A stretch of 63,723 nucleotides of DNA from positions 1-63,723 of the IMG/VR virus record IMGVR_UViG_3300037481_000553. One strand, given 5' to 3'. This DNA comes from a virus (taxonomy: Duplodnaviria > Caudoviricetes). Positions 59,438-63,723 of this stretch are shown piece after piece (the first letter of the stretch is position 1; the number at the start of each line of letters is the position of its first letter). The position numbers and the translations under genes were made by a program. The notes beneath the pieces are model-generated. The model was not told the origin of the DNA. It worked only from the letters and a program-made list of their open reading frames with translations, and did no database searches.

Positions 59438-61195
59438 TTACTCCACGCTCTCGACAGCCAGACCCAGCGTGCATCGGCAGTAGGGATGCAGTGGTGGATC
59501 GCCGTCGTCGAATTCCGTGTTCAGCGGGACGGTCGTGCCGTCCAGATCTTCGCAGTCGCTGCAGGCGTTGCCATCGGGGGTGTAGATCCACTCCTTCGAC
59601 TCGTCGCCCGTCAGCAGGCCTTGCTCGACCGCTTGGTTCCAGAGTTCTTTCTGCCCTTCGTTCGCGGCTTCCATCGTCTCGGTCTGCGCGATCATCTCCG
59701 CGCGGGATTCGGTCATCTCCGCAGCGCGCACACTGATCTCGTCATCGATGTCGGCTTGATCCAGACCCTGTTCTTCCAGCTTGTCTTGCAACGCCAGGAG
59801 TGCTTCGCCTTGACGCGCGTTCAGCCCCACCGTGTCGCGGAGCAGCTTCGCCGTCTGTGCGACGGTCCGCTCCTTCTCGATGCCATCCGCAATGATCGAC
59901 TGAATCATCGCCCGGCGTTCATCGAGCATCCCCGTGATCCACTCGCCCGCGTGCGCCCTGGCCCATCCGACCGCTTCGCTGTTGGTGACATCGAACTCCG
60001 GCTTCGCAATATCCATCACGACGCGCGGCTTCTTCAACCAGCGGAGCACGCCACCCAGGAAGGCCAGCGCGGTCTTGGGACGCGCGGGAGTTGGGTGCAT
60101 CCACAACCGTGCATGGACCCGTGCCGAGGCGTTGATCACGCGCTGTAACAGCGACGTCAGTTCCTTCTCGAGCCGCGTGGCATCTTTCTCCGCTGCGGCC
60201 AATGCCGACGTCTTGTCGGTAATCCCCTCGGTCGTCCAGATCTTCTGGAATGACTCCACGAAGAGCGGGCGCGCGGCATCGGCCACGCCATGCGCGGACG
60301 TCAGTGGTGCCGGGGAGCGCTTCTTCGCGGCTGCACGGAGTGTCGTCACGGACTTCTCCGCCGCTTTCTTGAACCCGACGGCCGCGCGGTTGTTGGTCTT
60401 CCACATGGACCCAGCCTTGTGCTGTGCCCAGATCTTGGTAAGGAACCGCACGCGCGATTCCTGCTGCGACGACGGAACCTTCTCCTTCGAGAGAATGTCG
60501 TGCTGCAGTTCATGATAAATGATCGTCGCCATGAAGCCGGGACCGTCGTCTTTCAGGGACTTCGCATCGACATAGAGATGTCCCTTCATGGTTCCGTAGC
60601 GTCCGCCCAGGTCCTTCACTTCGACGGTCTTCCCCCGCAAGGCATCCGCCGCTTTCTTATCGTCCAGGACGTGCGCGAGCGCTTCGTTCATGTCGGCTTG
60701 CTGCGCATCGGTGGCGATGACCTTGACTTTCGCATCTTTCACCATCTGCGCATTCACCGCGGGGTTCGTCCCTTTCGTCTCGCGGTACGTCGCTGGTTTC
60801 GACTCCTGAGATGACCCACCTTCTCCAGATGGTGCACTGCCTCCGACCTCGCCGGGCACTCCCGCATGTCCGAAGTTCCCGGAGCCGGGTCCTCCCAGCA
60901 TGCGCGCTTCAAGCGTCGTTGGGATCTCGCTGTCGCCCACGCCATCTGAGAGAATGAACACGTCCTCCGCGCGACGTGCCGCGGCGAGCAGTGCGATGCG
61001 AGAAGATTCCACCGGGCCGTCCGCAACGAGTGCCTCCAGCGCAGCGATGACCGCTTCGATGTCGGTCGTGTGCCCAGCCGCGAAGAACGCCGCGAGCACT
61101 GGAGACGCCACAGCCGCAGCCGTCAGCGACGCCAATCCACCGATGGACGGCCCGTCTGCCAAGTAGCCGGTGGAGTCGTACAGCGCGTAGCTCAT
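59438..61195 (-). CDS. MuF/gp7-like head morphogenesis protein with N-terminal extra domains, including an HExxH metallopeptidase-like domain
   Basis: C-terminal RAEMIAQTE..A.N.G, KEW, C..C, PPLHPYCRC; internal GGPGSGNFGH tag then IIYHELQH...E. Confidence 0.85.
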   Translation of the reverse strand: MSYALYDSTGYLADGPSIGGLASLTAAAVASPVLAAFFAAGHTTDIEAVIAALEALVADGPVESSRIALLAAARRAEDVFILSDGVGDSEIPTTLEARMLGGPGSGNFGHAGVPGEVGGSAPSGEGGSSQESKPATYRETKGTNPAVNAQMVKDAKVKVIATDAQQADMNEALAHVLDDKKAADALRGKTVEVKDLGGRYGTMKGHLYVDAKSLKDDGPGFMATIIYHELQHDILSKEKVPSSQQESRVRFLTKIWAQHKAGSMWKTNNRAAVGFKKAAEKSVTTLRAAAKKRSPAPLTSAHGVADAARPLFVESFQKIWTTEGITDKTSALAAAEKDATRLEKELTSLLQRVINASARVHARLWMHPTPARPKTALAFLGGVLRWLKKPRVVMDIAKPEFDVTNSEAVGWARAHAGEWITGMLDERRAMIQSIIADGIEKERTVAQTAKLLRDTVGLNARQGEALLALQDKLEEQGLDQADIDDEISVRAAEMTESRAEMIAQTETMEAANEGQKELWNQAVEQGLLTGDESKEWIYTPDGNACSDCEDLDGTTVPLNTEFDDGDPPLHPYCRCTLGLAVESVE

Positions 61196-63349
61196 TTGCG
61201 AATCAACCCAGAAAGTTCACTGCGCGAGACCGCTTTCATCGCGGAGACCCGGAACGACCCCACGCCGCGTCGATAGTAGTACTGCGTCTGACTCGTGCGC
61301 ATGTCCACGACGACCGTATGCATGGCCGCATGATTGCGGCGTCCCCAAGCAATCTTGCGTTCGCGCGCATCCGGGTGCATGGTGATCTTGTCGTTGGTGT
61401 TATCGATCAACGTCTTGACCTCGACCCCATGCATGTGGCCGGGTGTCTTGACGACCGTATCGAACGGGTCGTTATCATCCGTGCGCGTCCCGCCGATGAC
61501 TTCGGCAATCTCGTGTTCCGATTTGTCCGCGAGTGCCTGCTTCTCCTTGGTAGAAGGCTTATGGGTCGCGAGCGCGCGGGCGGTCCGCGTCGCGGGCGTG
61601 CCGATCTTCTCGCTCGTTCCTCCGGCTCCGCCCGATCCCCCGACCTCACCGGGTCGCCCGGCGTGATCGAAATTCCCCGAGCCTTTGCCTCCAAGCGTCG
61701 TCGGCTTGTCTTCGTCAAGGACCCAAGGCACGTAGTACACGAGACTTTCCTCGCTGCCTCGGAACGTCTTCGGATCCACGGGACGCCATATCATCGGCCC
61801 GTTGTCTTTCTCGACCACACCCACATGCACCGCGACGATCCACTCCGGCTTGATGTTGCCTTTGAACTGACGCGCGGAACTCGTCGTATCCGAATGCGTA
61901 TCCATCGTCAAGCGTCCCTTCTCACTCGCGGGAATCTTGACTTCGATGACCGCGGGATGCATCGCACCCGCTTTCAGGCCTTCATCGAGCGCTTTGCCTG
62001 CCTCATCACGAGGCCAGGCTGCAGCTTCCGCATACCGTTGTGCCTCGGCTTTGTTGGCAGTCGTGTAGACATGGCCTTTTGCCGATACCGCACCTCCGGT
62101 CATCGCGGCTTTATCGGCCGTGAAAATAGCATTCGCACGATCAGCCGTGATCCCATCTCTCAAGATCGATTCGACATTCGCGCGAGTGGTGCCGTGGAGT
62201 TGCGTCCCCTTCCCTTGTGATACGATCTTCTCCGTGCCTGGACCGCTGCCTCCGATCTCGCCAGGCCGACCACCATGTCCGAAGTTCCCGGAGCCGGGTC
62301 CTCCGAGCGTCTTCGGTCCACCAACCAGACGTGCTTTCACCTTGTAACCGTAGCGCTCACCAATCTGCACTTCTTCGGTATGCACAATCTTGACGCGCGT
62401 GCCCACTCGACCGATGGCTTCCTTCTCGCCGTATCGATTCAGGCTCGAGATGTCCTTGAAGGTCGGTGACGATTCATCAACGACCATCTCCATCAGGACG
62501 AACGTGTCATCGCCGTGCGATTGCTTCTCCGCAAAAGTCCGCGCTTCCTTTGCGGATGCACTGAACGAGGTGCTCGCGTCGAACTCGATCTCTTTCCCAT
62601 CCACGATGGCGGTCAACTGCTCTTCTGAAAGACCCCCGTACCCACGGTGCCAGGTCCCGGCTTTCGCATCGGGACTCGCGTCGAGTGCCTCGTTCCACGC
62701 ACGCACCATCGGGGTATCGGCTCCGCTGCGTTCGGCTTCCTTAATGGCCTTCTGTCCACCCGGCGTCACCCACCGATCGGCCGCGTCCTTCGCAGACACC
62801 GAATCGCCGCTCCCTCCGACTTCTCCCGGCCTGCCTCCATGACCGAAGTTGCCACTGCCCGGTCCTCCGGCCGTACGCAGGAAGGCACGCCAAAGAAGGC
62901 GAGCGGCGACCGGAGGCGAGAGGGTCTGGAGCGCCATGCTACTTGCCGATGTCCTGCTTGTCGCGCGGTCGCACGTGCACTTCGTGGACCCACTTCTTGT
63001 AGAAATTGTTCGAGCGTTGCGGACCGCTGACCGTATCGCTCACGATCTCGTACTCAGGCAGCTTCGCACTCCAGGTCGAATTGCCGTACTCCTTCGAGAA
63101 CTTGTCGGATGCAGCCATGGCCTGGTCTTCGGTATCGTACTCGGCCGCGTATGCCTGTGAATCAGGCCACTGTGGAGCACCATGTCCTTGCGGATCGTGC
63201 GGTGGGGTTCGTGTGGTCAGCTTCTCGTAGCCCTTCGGCATCTTCGGTGCACTCTTCGGCTGCGCTCGACCGCCACCACTCCCCTCACCAGAACCCCCCA
63301 CTTCTCCCGGCCGACCCCCATGTCCGAAATTCCCCGAGCCGGGTCCGCC
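60836..63349 (-). repeat. Five coding copies of the peptide GG[PK]GSGNF[GD]H[GA]G[RV]PGE[VI]GGS
   Basis: Copies at 60836-60895, 61633-61692, 62245-62304, 62809-62868 and 63290-63349; synonymous divergence at DNA level. Confidence 0.95.
61192..62937 (-). CDS. Polyvalent head-associated protein: R-S-E ADP-ribosyltransferase, Tpt1/H-type ART-fold domain and PD-(D/E)XK nuclease, each preceded by the repeat tag
   Basis: Domain 1 WHRG...STSFS...EKE; domain 2 LHGT...ILRDGI...VY...Y...IKPEWI; domain 3 SE...PFD...VEVKT. Confidence 0.8.
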   Translation of the reverse strand: MALQTLSPPVAARLLWRAFLRTAGGPGSGNFGHGGRPGEVGGSGDSVSAKDAADRWVTPGGQKAIKEAERSGADTPMVRAWNEALDASPDAKAGTWHRGYGGLSEEQLTAIVDGKEIEFDASTSFSASAKEARTFAEKQSHGDDTFVLMEMVVDESSPTFKDISSLNRYGEKEAIGRVGTRVKIVHTEEVQIGERYGYKVKARLVGGPKTLGGPGSGNFGHGGRPGEIGGSGPGTEKIVSQGKGTQLHGTTRANVESILRDGITADRANAIFTADKAAMTGGAVSAKGHVYTTANKAEAQRYAEAAAWPRDEAGKALDEGLKAGAMHPAVIEVKIPASEKGRLTMDTHSDTTSSARQFKGNIKPEWIVAVHVGVVEKDNGPMIWRPVDPKTFRGSEESLVYYVPWVLDEDKPTTLGGKGSGNFDHAGRPGEVGGSGGAGGTSEKIGTPATRTARALATHKPSTKEKQALADKSEHEIAEVIGGTRTDDNDPFDTVVKTPGHMHGVEVKTLIDNTNDKITMHPDARERKIAWGRRNHAAMHTVVVDMRTSQTQYYYRRGVGSFRVSAMKAVSRSELSGLIRK

Positions 63350-63723
63350 TGCATGTCGGATGCCGATGATGTCGTCGATCGTATCGGTATCGTTCTCGAC
63401 GATGGCGCGCTCCAACACCTGGAAGAGATCCCGCGGCGTCGCGCCAGCCAGGATGATCGGCTTCTCGTCTCCGCCCGCACCCGGAGGGAGCGCGCCAAAG
63501 GGAGCGGGCGGTGGTTCCGGCTTCGGCTTGGCGGCTTCTGCGGCCGCTTTCTGCTCGGGCGTCAGCGGCTCCATACCGTACCACTTGTCGCGGATCTCGT
63601 CATCGGTGAAGACCGTCGTGCCTTGCGTCTGGTTGACCGTAGCCCATTTCGTCGCGCCCGTGGCCTTCTCGTCTTCGGTCAACGTTTCGATATGTGCCCA
63701 GCGCACCTGATACGGCTGCGCGG
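62939..63723 (-). CDS. Portal protein C-terminal part with tagged extension domain
   Basis: Portal end FTDDEIR...EPL, Pro-rich linker, then RHA-GGPGSGNFGH tag and a ~115-aa unknown domain. Confidence 0.85.
   Translation of the reverse strand, partial: AQPYQVRWAHIETLTEDEKATGATKWATVNQTQGTTVFTDDEIRDKWYGMEPLTPEQKAAAEAAKPKPEPPPAPFGALPPGAGGDEKPIILAGATPRDLFQVLERAIVENDTDTIDDIIGIRHAGGPGSGNFGHGGRPGEVGGSGEGSGGGRAQPKSAPKMPKGYEKLTTRTPPHDPQGHGAPQWPDSQAYAAEYDTEDQAMAASDKFSKEYGNSTWSAKLPEYEIVSDTVSGPQRSNNFYKKWVHEVHVRPRDKQDIGK

Noticed and set aside
60836-63349. CRISPR array or DGR from the repeated 60-bp units
   Set aside because: Repeats are in-frame coding, synonymously diverged and hundreds of bp apart; no cas or reverse transcriptase gene is present.
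63597-63723. 127-bp terminal direct repeat as a biological phage terminus
   Set aside because: It falls mid-portal gene and its length equals a common assembler k-mer, so it is best explained as circular-contig overlap.

Overview
The window is a complete, circularly permuted ~63.6 kb high-GC tailed dsDNA phage genome with a siphovirus-like gene set. Bases 1-127 repeat exactly at 63597-63723, and the portal gene spans this junction. The plus strand (~4.8-28.6 kb) carries early orphan genes, DUF932, histone-H1-like and cold-shock proteins, an intein-containing SNF2 helicase, recombination proteins (RuvC-like, PD-(D/E)XK exonuclease, AAA_24, DUF669), a nucleotide-metabolism block (flavoprotein, dUTPase/MazG-HAD fusion, divergent ThyX, DUF1599-like), PolA and a primase-helicase. 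The minus strand carries terminase, portal, head, fibre, glycosylation, tail and lysis genes. I saw no integrase, repressor, tRNA or CRISPR array. The most striking signal is a 20-aa peptide, GG[PK]GSGNF[GD]H[GA]G[RV]PGE[VI]GGS, present five times across the portal, an adjacent polyprotein and the MuF protein. Each copy directly precedes a different domain: two kinds of ADP-ribosyltransferase-fold domain, a PD-(D/E)XK nuclease, an HExxH peptidase and one unknown domain. This suggests a tag-and-cargo system for head-packaged effectors. Other highlights: a DUF559-like endonuclease gene in the +1 frame of the intein with its own SD; an IPT/Ig domain split across two tail genes; an amino-sugar glycosylation cluster inside the virion operon; a response regulator in the lysis cassette; and a dispersed 25-bp palindromic site family, two of whose flanks share a perfect 40-bp inverted repeat. 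All family assignments come from motif recognition by eye, not database searches.
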